Shown here: positions 27,452-38,400 of the stretch, one piece after another | Numbering within the stretch: the stretch's first letter is position 1 | Layout: every line of letters starts with the position of its first letter | IMG/VR virus record: IMGVR_UViG_3300032050_000130 | Span: 1 to 62,867 of that record | Origin: a virus | Lineage: Duplodnaviria; Caudoviricetes | Length of the DNA: 62,867 nt | Strand: one strand, 5' to 3' | Position numbers and translations under genes: made by a program | Notes under the pieces: model-generated | The model's database searches: none | Seen by the model: only the letters and a program-made list of their open reading frames with translations | Told to the model about the DNA's origin: nothing

Positions 27452-30400
27452 TTTTAGAAAACCCATTATCCTTTTTAATCTCAATTAACCCATCTACGAT
27501 ATCTCTCATTTGTTCCAAGTGAGAAATCATCCAAATAAAATCGAATTGTGTTTTAAGATACTGCATCATCATAAACAATGAAGATAGATTATCCGCATCC
27601 AATGTACCAAACCCTTCATCTATTACTAGGAAGTTAGGTCTAGGTAATCCACAGATGTTAATTAGAGCCACTCTAATAGCCAGCCCGGATATAAACTTCT
27701 CCATACCACTACACATCTCTAAATTCCATGCCTGGTCTTCGTAAACGATTTTAGCGTTAATGTTCTTACCATCGGTATCCATTGAAAGTGAGAAATCTAC
27801 AACTTGTGCTAGAATATTGTTTACTTCATTCTCAATTACCGGCATTGCTTTAGAAATAAGTTCATAAGGTACACCATCTTTTTTAACAGCATCCAAATAG
27901 TAGGTATATAAATCATTCTTTTGTTCTAAATCTTTAACTTCTTGTATTTTAGATTTTGTCACATTTATAAACGATTCAATAGAACCCATCTCACCAGTAA
28001 TAGTCAATATTTTTTTATTGGTGATTGCAATATCACTTTCTATATTTTTCTTATCAACTTCTAAAACTCTAATTTCTTGGTTTATTGCTGTATTTTTACT
28101 TATCGTTGCAATGTTTTCGTTATATCGTTGAATATCACTATCAACACCTTCTAATTGAGTTTTAAGAAGTTCGGTTTGTGTTTCTAAACCATCTAATTCA
28201 GCTTCAGTCTTTTCTTTAAGTACAATTCCTTTATTATACTTATTTCTTAAATCAACCAGCTTTTCCCATACTTCCTCTACTTCGGAAAAAGGTTCAGTTA
28301 CTCTTATCAAAGCATGTTGTGCAATATTAAGTGTTTCTAACTGTGATTCCTGTGTTTTAACTATTTCTTTTGTTGCAATTGCATCCTTCACAAATACATT
28401 GTTCATACAAAACTTACAATTTGGGTCATATTCATGTGTTTCCAAATGTGTAAGCTTCTCTAAATTCCTCTCATATTGAGATTCCAAACGGTCTATTTGT
28501 TGTTGAATATCCGATAGTTTACCTTTTGCAAGGTCCCACTCTTTCTTCGCATCATCTATCGATAACCCATTAACATTATCGTACATACTAATTGATTCCG
28601 ATACTTCGTTTAAAACCCCCTCAAACTCTTTTATTTTCGATTCCTTTGTTTTCTTATCATTACCATTACTTTCTAATTTCCTCTCAATGGTCCTTCTGGA
28701 ATCACCCAATACGTTGATATCCAGATTAGAATCAGTAGGTATCAAAGATTCCTTTAAATCAGATATTTGATTTTGGATTCTATCTCTGGATTCGGTATAA
28801 TCTTTTAGGGTTTTATTTAAATCATTTAATTCTGATTTTTTAGTATTGAATTCGGTTTCCTTCGTCGCCAATTCAGAAGTAAAATCATTACGTTTGAAAT
28901 TTCTGATAAGTACAGCCACTTCCTTAATGTCTTCAGCCGCCGCTTCATATAATTTATCAAATATATCCAATCCCATAAATTGAACCAATAGGTCTTTTCT
29001 TTCCGATTGTGGTTTATCAATGAATAGAGCGTTGTTTCCTTGTAGTGAAAGTGCGGTTAGTACAAAATCTTCATATCTTCCCACATACCCTTCGATAACC
29101 TGGTTGGTATCCCTTCTTTCAGTTCCATTAAGGGATTCAGCTACCCCATCTAACGTTCTCCAAAATTGTACATCTACTTTAACGTTCTTTCCCTTATTAA
29201 CAGTCCTTGCTTCCCTTCTTATTGAGTATTCTACACCTTCTATTTGAAAATCCAATTGGCAATGAAAATCGGCCTTTCTATTGTTCATAACATGTGCCGC
29301 TTTGAATGCTCTACTACACTTATCAAATAGACAAAATGAGATTGCATCAAATAGAGATGATTTTCCGCTTGCATTTGGTGCAAACAATCCCATCAATCCA
29401 GTTACTTTGCCGAAGTTTATCACATTATCTTCTCCGTATGAAAACATATTACTGAATTCAAATCTTACCGGCTTCCATTGTACGTTTCTCGTTAGTTCGT
29501 CCGCAACTATTCTACTATTAATATCTTTATTAAGAGATTGAATTCCGGCTATATCTTCTGCACTAACAAACGGCATCATTCTTTGGATATAATCAGTAAT
29601 TAGGGAGTTTTGATAATTAACATCAGTTATATCTTCTAATTCCAATTGATTATCTCTATCACCGGTTTTCTTTTTCTGTAAACTATCCGTTTTAATTGTT
29701 GTAAAATCTTCTACACCATATTTTATTTTGATTTCGGTGATTGCTCGTTTGGTATCTGCTACATCGGTTTCAGAAAATCTTACTCTTAAACGGGGATGGA
29801 CAGGCATATCGGTTACATCAGGTACTACACCATTTATAACATCCATCGTATAGTAACCATAATCGTTTTGGATATCAACTTCTTCATAAGTCATTGTATC
29901 TAAATCCCAAACAAGAAATCCGTGCTTATCTAATGTTTCACCAAAGTTTTGTTGCACTAACGAACCTGCATAAACACACTTACAACCTTTAGGGGAGATT
30001 AGTTCTTGTCTTTTGTGGATATCACCTAATAGGGCTAAATCGTATCCATCGAACATATCAGTTGTGAAATGACGAGATGATACAACGTAACCTATATCGG
30101 TTTGTGAATGGTCCACAGGTCCGTGAAATAGTGCAATCTTTTTTCTGGCCGGCATCATTGTCCAATCATCCGCTTTAGGCCAATTATCTTTATTATCAAA
30201 AATAGAATATACCGCAAATGCAACTTTATCTTCCCAAAAGATTTGTGTATCTTTTAAGTAATGAAAGTTTGGAAGATTAAGTGCTTCCACAATAGGTGAA
30301 AGTACATCCAACCTATCGGAGTTATTCATATTACAATCGTGGTTACCCGCAATCAATATCGTTTTACAATGTTTAGAACATTCGGTAAACAACCAACTAA

Positions 30401-30593
30401 TTTCTTTAACCAATTCAGGTGACATTTCTAGTTTAGCATGTGCGATATCACCTGCTAAGTAGATTAGAGAATCTTCAGTACCTCTGGTACGAATTTCTTC
30501 AAACATTTTTTCAAAGACACCTCTAAATTCTTTGTGTCTCTTTACATTACGAATATGGATATCCGCAATATGATATATTCTTTTTAAACTCAT
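27441..30593 (-). CDS. Fused Mre11/SbcD nuclease and Rad50/SbcC ATPase (T4 gp47+gp46-like)
   Basis: DIH, GDI, GNHD and GDIH phosphoesterase motifs; Walker A APNASGKSS, coiled coil with CKFC hook, signature-like CSGME, Walker B IDEGFGTLD, ISH. Confidence 0.92.
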   Translation of the reverse strand: MSLKRIYHIADIHIRNVKRHKEFRGVFEKMFEEIRTRGTEDSLIYLAGDIAHAKLEMSPELVKEISWLFTECSKHCKTILIAGNHDCNMNNSDRLDVLSPIVEALNLPNFHYLKDTQIFWEDKVAFAVYSIFDNKDNWPKADDWTMMPARKKIALFHGPVDHSQTDIGYVVSSRHFTTDMFDGYDLALLGDIHKRQELISPKGCKCVYAGSLVQQNFGETLDKHGFLVWDLDTMTYEEVDIQNDYGYYTMDVINGVVPDVTDMPVHPRLRVRFSETDVADTKRAITEIKIKYGVEDFTTIKTDSLQKKKTGDRDNQLELEDITDVNYQNSLITDYIQRMMPFVSAEDIAGIQSLNKDINSRIVADELTRNVQWKPVRFEFSNMFSYGEDNVINFGKVTGLMGLFAPNASGKSSLFDAISFCLFDKCSRAFKAAHVMNNRKADFHCQLDFQIEGVEYSIRREARTVNKGKNVKVDVQFWRTLDGVAESLNGTERRDTNQVIEGYVGRYEDFVLTALSLQGNNALFIDKPQSERKDLLVQFMGLDIFDKLYEAAAEDIKEVAVLIRNFKRNDFTSELATKETEFNTKKSELNDLNKTLKDYTESRDRIQNQISDLKESLIPTDSNLDINVLGDSRRTIERKLESNGNDKKTKESKIKEFEGVLNEVSESISMYDNVNGLSIDDAKKEWDLAKGKLSDIQQQIDRLESQYERNLEKLTHLETHEYDPNCKFCMNNVFVKDAIATKEIVKTQESQLETLNIAQHALIRVTEPFSEVEEVWEKLVDLRNKYNKGIVLKEKTEAELDGLETQTELLKTQLEGVDSDIQRYNENIATISKNTAINQEIRVLEVDKKNIESDIAITNKKILTITGEMGSIESFINVTKSKIQEVKDLEQKNDLYTYYLDAVKKDGVPYELISKAMPVIENEVNNILAQVVDFSLSMDTDGKNINAKIVYEDQAWNLEMCSGMEKFISGLAIRVALINICGLPRPNFLVIDEGFGTLDADNLSSLFMMMQYLKTQFDFIWMISHLEQMRDIVDGLIEIKKDNGFSKINF

Positions 30594-31525
30594 ATATTAT
30601 TTAATTTTGAAAGTACCAAATCATCCCAACTAGTTTCTTTAGCATCTTTCAATAATTCATTTACTTTTTCAAATCCCATTTCACCAGCATCCTTATCGGT
30701 TGGTATAATGTTTCTTACTTTGATTCCATTCTTTTGAAACCATTCAGTATGTTTAGTGGAATCTTCAACGGCATCGGAATCCAACATAATAGTTACATCC
30801 TTAACACCCTTTTCCATAATTTTATTTTTCAGTTTGCTGAGTAAGAACTTACCCAACAACGGAACTACATTTCTCTTTACTGAAAATGAATCAAACACAC
30901 CTTCAACCAATGTAATAGGTTCGTTCCAATTAATCATATTTTCAAATACAATTACATCTCTACTTACCGGTGGGTTCTTATACTTCATTTTCTCATCTTC
31001 ATAAAATGAACGAGCTACAAAGTAATTAAGGTCACCATTATCATCGTAAGAAGGTATAATAACCCTTCCATTGTATAAACCATCTTCGCAATATCCGATG
31101 TTATATTTTACGATATCAGCTTTTGTGATACCTCTTTTATTTAAATAATGTAGAGCTTGCTTATAAGCTGGGTTAATACTCTTTGGACAAAAATATAATT
31201 GTTTGAATTCTTTTGGTAATTGTAATTTAGCTACATATTCTTCCTTCGAATCATATTCAGGTTCATCACCATATACATCTCTTACAACCCCTATATCCCT
31301 AATATCCACATTGAGTTTGCGAAGTAGGGATGATATACTTCTACCTTTGGAATCACATACCCAGCAATGCCATCTCTGATTATCTAAATTTATTTGAAGT
31401 TTCTTCTTATGGTGATTACAAAAAGGACAATGGTGTGCCTGCTCATTTCCCTTTAAGGATGAACCTACTCCCAATGCGGAGTCTAATATATTGATTATTT
31501 TTAATTTATTCTTACCCGATAACAT
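30590..31525 (-). CDS. DNA primase (Zn finger + TOPRIM)
   Basis: CPFC...HCWVC zinc finger, RVIIP, YKNP, VEGVFD, LDSDA and KDAGE. Confidence 0.9.
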   Translation of the reverse strand: MLSGKNKLKIINILDSALGVGSSLKGNEQAHHCPFCNHHKKKLQINLDNQRWHCWVCDSKGRSISSLLRKLNVDIRDIGVVRDVYGDEPEYDSKEEYVAKLQLPKEFKQLYFCPKSINPAYKQALHYLNKRGITKADIVKYNIGYCEDGLYNGRVIIPSYDDNGDLNYFVARSFYEDEKMKYKNPPVSRDVIVFENMINWNEPITLVEGVFDSFSVKRNVVPLLGKFLLSKLKNKIMEKGVKDVTIMLDSDAVEDSTKHTEWFQKNGIKVRNIIPTDKDAGEMGFEKVNELLKDAKETSWDDLVLSKLNNI

Positions 31526-31554
31526 AATTTAGGTTATATCCACAAAAACTTATA

Positions 31555-31586
31555 CAAATATACAACTTTCTTGGGAAATAACCAAA
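31555..31586 (-). promoter_or_regulatory. Bacteroidota-type sigma70 promoter (-33 TTTG / -7 TATATTTG)
   Basis: Minus strand reads TTTG-N20-TATATTTG, an exact match to the TTTG...TAnnTTTG consensus, upstream of the primase. Confidence 0.8.
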
Positions 31587-31591
31587 TTTAA

Positions 31592-31795
31592 TTAACCGCC
31601 ATAAGAATTTTTAACATCAATGAGAAAATCGGCTAAAAATTGAAGTTTATTGGCTACTTCTTCTCTAGGTTTGTTTTCGAGAACCATAGCTTTAAGGTCT
31701 ATAAGTGATGTTGCCGCAATAGAATGTGCATCATCTTTTGAATTTAAATATGAATCGGAGATACCATATTTTTTACAAATTTGAGTAATTGTCAT
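31592..31795 (-). CDS. Hypothetical protein
   Basis: 67-aa ORF filling the gap in the operon. Confidence 0.65.
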   Translation of the reverse strand: MTITQICKKYGISDSYLNSKDDAHSIAATSLIDLKAMVLENKPREEVANKLQFLADFLIDVKNSYGG

Positions 31796-31807
31796 AACGT
31801 ATGTTTA

Positions 31808-32215
31808 TTAATATATATCCTTTCGGAAGAATTTTCCCATTAAATTTTCATTAATAGATTGTGAATCAGCCAAAACATCTAATTTAAACTGCCACCAAAC
31901 TTCCCAATATGTAAGTGATTTTTTACTAAAGCAGAATTGAATAATTTCTCTTTCAAAATCTTCACCTCTACCTTCTTTTACTTCATTCTTAATCCATTCG
32001 TTTGATGAATAGTATTTCTCCCAATCGGAAGCTTTTTTTACTACCCTTTTACGAACCTTTCCCTTTAAGGGTTTCAAACGGCGAGTTGAAGTAAGTGATT
32101 TTTTACCAATATAGAATTTACCAGTAGGAGTATGTACAATTTTATAGACAAACCCAATCGCACCCTCTGGAGTGTTTTCTTCTGTAACAATATTTCCCTT
32201 AAATTTCCAAGACAT
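31808..32215 (-). CDS. Small GIY-YIG-like nuclease domain protein
   Basis: GFVYKI.....GKFYIGKK, YYSS, FEREII and a conserved E and N near the C-terminus. Confidence 0.75.
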   Translation of the reverse strand: MSWKFKGNIVTEENTPEGAIGFVYKIVHTPTGKFYIGKKSLTSTRRLKPLKGKVRKRVVKKASDWEKYYSSNEWIKNEVKEGRGEDFEREIIQFCFSKKSLTYWEVWWQFKLDVLADSQSINENLMGKFFRKDIY

Positions 32216-32218
32216 TGA

Positions 32219-32470
32219 TTATCTTTTTGGCACTTTTTTAGAATATGCACTTTCTCCCGGTCCGTATCCAGCTGGCTTAAACCCTGCAGGTGCTCCTGGA
32301 AAAGAACCAAATTCACCACCTCTTGGCTTTGTTAAATCACTGTTTACTAAATCTTTTGATTTTGCAAAAGGTTCTTTTTGTGCATCAATTGGTGTTTTAT
32401 CAACACCTTTGGTATTAGCCTTTGAGGTTGCCGGTGCGCTATTATTTAATAAGTCTACTAATTTTGACAT
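32219..32470 (-). CDS. Hypothetical protein
   Basis: 83-aa ORF (MSKLVDLL...) preceded by the ATATTTAT motif. Confidence 0.7.
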   Translation of the reverse strand: MSKLVDLLNNSAPATSKANTKGVDKTPIDAQKEPFAKSKDLVNSDLTKPRGGEFGSFPGAPAGFKPAGYGPGESAYSKKVPKR

Positions 32471-32509
32471 ATATTGTTTATTTACTAATAAATATTAAGT
32501 AACATTCTT

Positions 32510-33451
32510 TTAAGTATCAAACCTAATAATAAAGTTTAATGGGTAATCAGGTAACGATTTAATTGGTTGGGGTAATTTAGCTACAGCCACCATATTCATC
32601 TCATTATCATATAACCCAATTGTTGTAATATAAGGTGCTAGATATGAGCCTGTTGGGTCTACTGAACCAGAAATCAAATAGTCATCAAAACTACCCATTT
32701 TCGTTGTATCAATTTCTGATGTAAACGGATATTTTTTATTTCTAACCCACTTAATACCCGGGTCATAGAATGTAGTGGATACTATATCACCAACTCTATA
32801 TGAGCCTGGTCTTTGAATATTTGTTGATATTTTTCTTCCGCCATCTTCATAAACCGCCGAAGGGTTTTGTGAGTAATTAAATTCGTTTTCCAACACATTA
32901 ATTAAAATTTCATTTTCAAATATCGTCTTTGTTGAACGAAAATCTAAAAAGAAACTACTCAATGTACTACCATCAGTTACATCTTTGGCCAAAACAATAG
33001 TACCTCTGTCATAAAATATATTACCTTTAATATTACTACCAGAATCTATTAAATTAGAATATCCATCATCGGTATATATGTTATTATTTGTATTATCGGT
33101 TAGAGTTACAGTTCCAACTTTGATACCTTCTCCATAAAATGGTTGTGGTATTGGTAATACAACAATATTATCTTCTAAAATTCTTTCATCTTTTGAAGCA
33201 TAGGACCTTCTATTTCCCACTTCATATAATACTGATGCGGTATCCGCATTTCTATAAAATTGAGATTCTATTGAAGAATACAAAACTTTTTTAACTATAC
33301 CCTGACTTTGTGGGTCATTATCAACATCTACAAAAGTATTATTTGGATTTGTGGCATATATCGGTGATATATCGTTTTCATCAAGTCTCCACTCTTTATA
33401 AACTTTTATAGGTCTTACTATAATATCGGACTTTGGTATATCCTTTAACAT
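32510..33451 (-). CDS. Baseplate/tail structural protein
   Basis: GNIFYDRG, EFNYSQNPS and YITTIGLYDNEMNMVAVAKL; paralogous with 33531-34742. Confidence 0.75.
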   Translation of the reverse strand: MLKDIPKSDIIVRPIKVYKEWRLDENDISPIYATNPNNTFVDVDNDPQSQGIVKKVLYSSIESQFYRNADTASVLYEVGNRRSYASKDERILEDNIVVLPIPQPFYGEGIKVGTVTLTDNTNNNIYTDDGYSNLIDSGSNIKGNIFYDRGTIVLAKDVTDGSTLSSFFLDFRSTKTIFENEILINVLENEFNYSQNPSAVYEDGGRKISTNIQRPGSYRVGDIVSTTFYDPGIKWVRNKKYPFTSEIDTTKMGSFDDYLISGSVDPTGSYLAPYITTIGLYDNEMNMVAVAKLPQPIKSLPDYPLNFIIRFDT

Positions 33452-33484
33452 CTATTTAGATTTATTATAAATATTCTATAAAGA

Positions 33485-33507
33485 AAAAACCCCCTATAAA
33501 GGGGGGT
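33485..33507 (-). terminator. Rho-independent terminator
   Basis: Minus strand ACCCCC-CTTTATA-GGGGGT followed by a T run, after the stop of 33531-34742. Confidence 0.75.
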
Positions 33508-33530
33508 GCTTTCTTTTTATCAAACTAATA

Positions 33531-34742
33531 TTAGAATGATAATTTAACTTTTATTAATACTTCTTTATCAAAAGATTTAACTATTGGTTGAGAAGTTTTA
33601 GCTACTGCCACACATTCATTTGCGTCATTGTAAAGACCTACAGCGGTAACATACGTTTGTGGGTCACTTTCAAATGTACTTTCTACAAAGAAACCATCCG
33701 CATCAATATATGTAGGATTGTTAGAATAGTTAAATTCTCTATTCGTTGCTCTTACAAAGAAATGTTGAGTAGAAATGTTTTCAGTTCTACGTGCTTCAAA
33801 ATCTTTACCATTTTTAATTGCGTAATACAATCTCTTATGGTTGTACATATCTGCTGCAGTTGAATCCGAAGGAATTAATGTACCTACAGTTTGCAATGCT
33901 TCATTCCAAACACTACCAACCACAGTACCTACTGATTTAGCGTTTAAAACGATTATACCTCTATCAGGATAAAATAAACCATATCCTTCGCTGGTTGATG
34001 GGTCTGCGGTATTTTTTATTGTTGCTTCACTTTGTGTTCCTAAATTTAAAGAACCAGATACAACTTTAAACACTCTACCACTTAATCCTAAATCATCACC
34101 AAATTTCTTACCACTATTATCGATAAAAGTAAATTTACCATTTGAACCAGAAAGAGTTAATGACCAGTTACCTGCATCCATTTTTTCTCTGAATCTATTT
34201 CTAGCTACATTTATGATGTAAACACCATTACAATCAGTTTCTATACCAGATGCATTTTCAAAAGAGAATTTTGCATCAGTTGGGTCTAACAACATAGCTT
34301 TATATTGTGCGTATGTAGCTTTAGTTGATAGTAACGCGTTATCATCGGTTGCTAAGTCAACAGAACCACTTCCATCAACGTGTCCATAAGCTACTGCAAA
34401 TTGAACTTCTTCAACATCACTACTTACTGGATTTAAATCATATACGTTATAGTAATATTTTCCACTCTGTGCATCTGCTTGTGAAGATGTAAAGAATGCG
34501 GTTAGGGATCCTGAATCATTTGTCCATAATCCCGTTGTAACTATCTCAACTTTTGCGTTTACTTTATCAAAATCACCAAATCTTTTATAAATACCGGTAG
34601 TAACTCCGGCGTTTGTTGCAATTTGTTGACCAGCTGGTAAAACGGTGTTAAGTATAGCCACTATTTGGTTTGTATCAATCGTACCCGTATTTGCTAACGA
34701 TGCAATTTGGGCCGTTATATTTGGGTCATTTACTAGTGCCAT
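33531..34742 (-). CDS. Baseplate/tail structural protein
   Basis: YGLFYPDRG, EFNYSNNPT and YVTAVGLYNDANECVAVAKTSQP, similar to the C-terminal part of tail-collar/DUF3751-like domains. Confidence 0.75.
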   Translation of the reverse strand: MALVNDPNITAQIASLANTGTIDTNQIVAILNTVLPAGQQIATNAGVTTGIYKRFGDFDKVNAKVEIVTTGLWTNDSGSLTAFFTSSQADAQSGKYYYNVYDLNPVSSDVEEVQFAVAYGHVDGSGSVDLATDDNALLSTKATYAQYKAMLLDPTDAKFSFENASGIETDCNGVYIINVARNRFREKMDAGNWSLTLSGSNGKFTFIDNSGKKFGDDLGLSGRVFKVVSGSLNLGTQSEATIKNTADPSTSEGYGLFYPDRGIIVLNAKSVGTVVGSVWNEALQTVGTLIPSDSTAADMYNHKRLYYAIKNGKDFEARRTENISTQHFFVRATNREFNYSNNPTYIDADGFFVESTFESDPQTYVTAVGLYNDANECVAVAKTSQPIVKSFDKEVLIKVKLSF

Positions 34743-34755
34743 TTTTTATATTTTT

Positions 34756-35379
34756 TTATGCTTTATAAATTACTGTTACAGGTATAGTTTGAGACCCTCC
34801 GGTTTCATTACCATAAACTGTCAATGTGGTTGAAATATCAATTGTCAAGTTTGGATTTGGTGTGAATCTGAATTCTAAACCACTTACCACTTGTGCAGTT
34901 GTTGTAATTTCTTCACCCAAGAATACAGGTACAGTACCTGTTCCGGTTGCTCCTCTTGTCACTGTTAATGTACCACTTCTTTGGTCTGCCAATACAACCG
35001 TATATCCTGCATTTGAATTTCCGGCAGGAGATGTTGTTGGAGTTAATCCTACACCACCTTCGGTTTGGTTTACACTAATTGAAGGTACACCCAATCTTAC
35101 AGTTGGAATTTGAGTAGTTCCTTTTGGAAGGGTAACTAATTTATATCTCAATATTTGAGTTTCATCAGGACTAGCTTCCGTAATAGGAATAGCTCTGATT
35201 GCTGAATCATAATAAGCCGAACCCTTTGGGTGTGCTGGCTCATATAATGTATAATCAATCTCATCATCACCCAAAGCGAACTTTGTGATATTCAAAGACT
35301 GACCCGATGCTAATTTTTGTCTTCCTTTTTTTGTAAGGATAGCATCTACGGTAATTTCGGTATTATCTAAATATGCCAT
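34756..35379 (-). CDS. Baseplate/tail structural protein
   Basis: AILTKKGRQKLA..ITKFALGDDEIDY resembles the N-terminal part of tail-collar/DUF3751-like domains. Confidence 0.75.
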   Translation of the reverse strand: MAYLDNTEITVDAILTKKGRQKLASGQSLNITKFALGDDEIDYTLYEPAHPKGSAYYDSAIRAIPITEASPDETQILRYKLVTLPKGTTQIPTVRLGVPSISVNQTEGGVGLTPTTSPAGNSNAGYTVVLADQRSGTLTVTRGATGTGTVPVFLGEEITTTAQVVSGLEFRFTPNPNLTIDISTTLTVYGNETGGSQTIPVTVIYKA

Positions 35380-35439
35380 TTGATATTGTTTTTATGCTTT
35401 TATTTCTAAAATAAATATAACCATTTAGTATTTTCAATT

Positions 35440-38400
35440 CTAATCAACCTCAAGTATCGGTTCACCACTACCTCTACCAGTCTTAGCCACTCTAAGTATG
35501 TTAGGATTAGTTGTAAATGTTTCTACCGGAGATAATCCATCAGGTGTTGTTGATACGGTTTGTTGTGAACCTTTAAAGTATGAACGCTTCAATCCTTCCG
35601 GCATAAATTTAAATTTATAGTGTGTTGGTAAATATCCATTGATTGTTGTAGCTTCTACAACACCATTTCCTAATGTGACACTACCACCATACGGTTGAAC
35701 TGAAACTTTATAATTATCGAAAGTTACTGGAACATCTTGGTATCTAACTTGGTCTCCAGGTGATGCACCATTTACTGGATATCCTGCTATTTGTGTTGAT
35801 ATTTTTTTGGTTGTTTGTTCTTTTACTAAAAATACACTTTTTCTACTTCCGGTTGTTTCGGTATTACCAAATAATCCATCCCACGTTCTTACAACCGCAC
35901 TACCATTTTTAGCGTACAATCCAAATCCTAAATTTTCCAATGAATTTCTATCCATTCCTATTTGTATAGAATTAAATGAATCAACTTCCGCTACAATGTT
36001 ACTACCGGTTTGTAATGCCTGTATAAACGTATCAAAGAAAGGTGCATCTGCTTCAAGCATATCGGTAACATTATAGTCAACCAATCCTTCGTAATTAGGA
36101 TTAGTACCCTCTAATTCGTAAACATCACCTGCATTCACAATACCATCGTAATTATTTAAATTACCTTCAAGTGTTGCTATATCTTGATTATTTAATTCTC
36201 CTTCTTTTACTTCATATGATGAATCAATCTGATTTGTATCCATTAATGAAATAGCCGATTCGTGGTCATTTCTTTCCGATGAAGGTCTATTCCATCTAGT
36301 TTTACTTCTTTCTAAAAAGTGTGGTTCAATTAATAATCCTTTAGATATTTTTGCTCTTGCAGGAGCTAAATCTGCTAATACATCAAATAAAGATTTATCA
36401 ATGTATCTTACCAATTGTATATACTCATTAATATTTCTTTCCATTCTTTGGAAATAATAATTTCTAAGTTTTGATAAAGTACGATATTCATCTTTATATT
36501 CATCACTATAATCACCAATATAATTATCTATATTAAAATCACCAAAAGTTTTTAGGATATCCATATTCACTTCTTTAATAGGAGAGAAGAATAATCCTAA
36601 ACGGTTGGAATCAATTGGTGATTGGTCAAATGATTTTTTAGTTGCTCTAGTTTTATATGATAAATCAGTTACTAAAGAAGCAGATTCAAATCTAATTTTA
36701 TTAGAATATCCAAATCCTAAAGATGGCACAGTTGCTGTTACCGTTCTATCGTATGGAGTATGTTGATATGGATAATTTGGTGCAACATAAGTAAAACTAG
36801 CAGTTGCCGAATTATGCCCATATGTATCATTTATTGCCACATTCTTAATATACGGGTCAATATTCCTATCTTTCGGATATTCAAAATCTAATCTGAATAA
36901 TAAATCTTCAGTAGAAGCTGTATATGAATTACCATTTATTGCATCTGGAAATAATGTATGATTATTGAACTTACTTCGTTGTAAAGGAACTTTCCAAAGA
37001 CGGAATTCATCTACGTTTCCTTTATATCCGTTTCCACCAATTTGTACATAAGAACCAGTTCCCCATTGAGTATCTTCACTTAATATAGACATACTCACCG
37101 ATGTTATAATTCTTTCACCATCGGATGTTCCCAACCATACTTCAAATAATGAAGTTGAACCTGGATAATTATGCCTATTGATTACAACATTTGAATAGTG
37201 TTCGGTTGAAATTGGAAAATCTAAACTTCCTGTTTTATAATCAGGACCATATGCGTAAATTATTGTTGATGTTATATACGGTGTATTTGGTCCAGTAGGA
37301 GCAAAGTATGGAGCTAACGCCTGGTCACCACCGAAGTTTAATTCCAATTTACCAAATGAACCGGTTGTTTTTACTAAATCCAAACTCCACTCACTTCCGG
37401 ATATCAATGTATAAACCGTGTTTGGTAAAGTATCTGGTTTAATTCTAAACTCTATACAATTTGGATAATCGTTTGTCAAAGAAGAACTTACCCAAGGAAC
37501 TTTTACAGATGAACTCCCACTTAAATAATAAGCCGCTGTTCTATCATCAAATGTAAATTGTGTACTACCACCTTTACTCGGGTCTTGTGGTCCACCGAAT
37601 TCCATTATAGTCAACATAGATTGTGGTACACCATAACAAGCCATTACAGCTTTCATAGCTCTACCAGTTCCCTTATGCTTTAAAATATATGGAAGGTTAT
37701 TTAATATTCTTCTCCAAACTTCTTCATTTGCAGATTTTAATGATTTGGAATATTTTTGACGTCCATCCTGATATTGCCCAAATACATATTCCCATAAAAA
37801 GTTAGAATCAAATGCACGTTTAGAATTCCACCCCAAAGATTCTAAAATATGTATTACCATATCATTAGAAATTCCATATAAGGAGTTTTCATATAATTCT
37901 TTGGATTTGGATAATGATTTAATGTAAATCCACAATGCATCAAAATGCTGTCCTAACATATCCATAAAGATAACAAATTCCTTATTTTCTTCGGATTCTA
38001 TTATGTATTCCGGTATGTTATTACTAATTTTATTTGGATTGTATTTATCGAATACAATAGATGCATCCAACGCAGTATCATACCACAACGTAAATAAAGA
38101 TGACGTGGTATTAATTAATATAGATGATGATGGATTGGTTTTTGGATATGCTAATCCATTTGATTCTTCGTTTGTTGTATAATATAAATACTTTTCATAT
38201 CCATCGAAATTAGTTTTAATTTCTACCGATGCGTTTTCAAATTTTTTCTTCTCATTTGTTTCACCAATAGAATTTGAACTTAATTCTGATATTTTACTAT
38301 CATAATATTCCAATAATTTTACCTTATAAACAAAATTTTCAACTCTTTCCGTTGCCGAACTAAAGTTTATAAAGTTTTCAAACAAATATTCAGAACCGCT

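Noticed and set aside
31808-32215. GIY-YIG gene as a mobile homing endonuclease
   Set aside because: Only 135 aa with no DNA-binding extension, and it does not interrupt a gene; mobility is unsupported.
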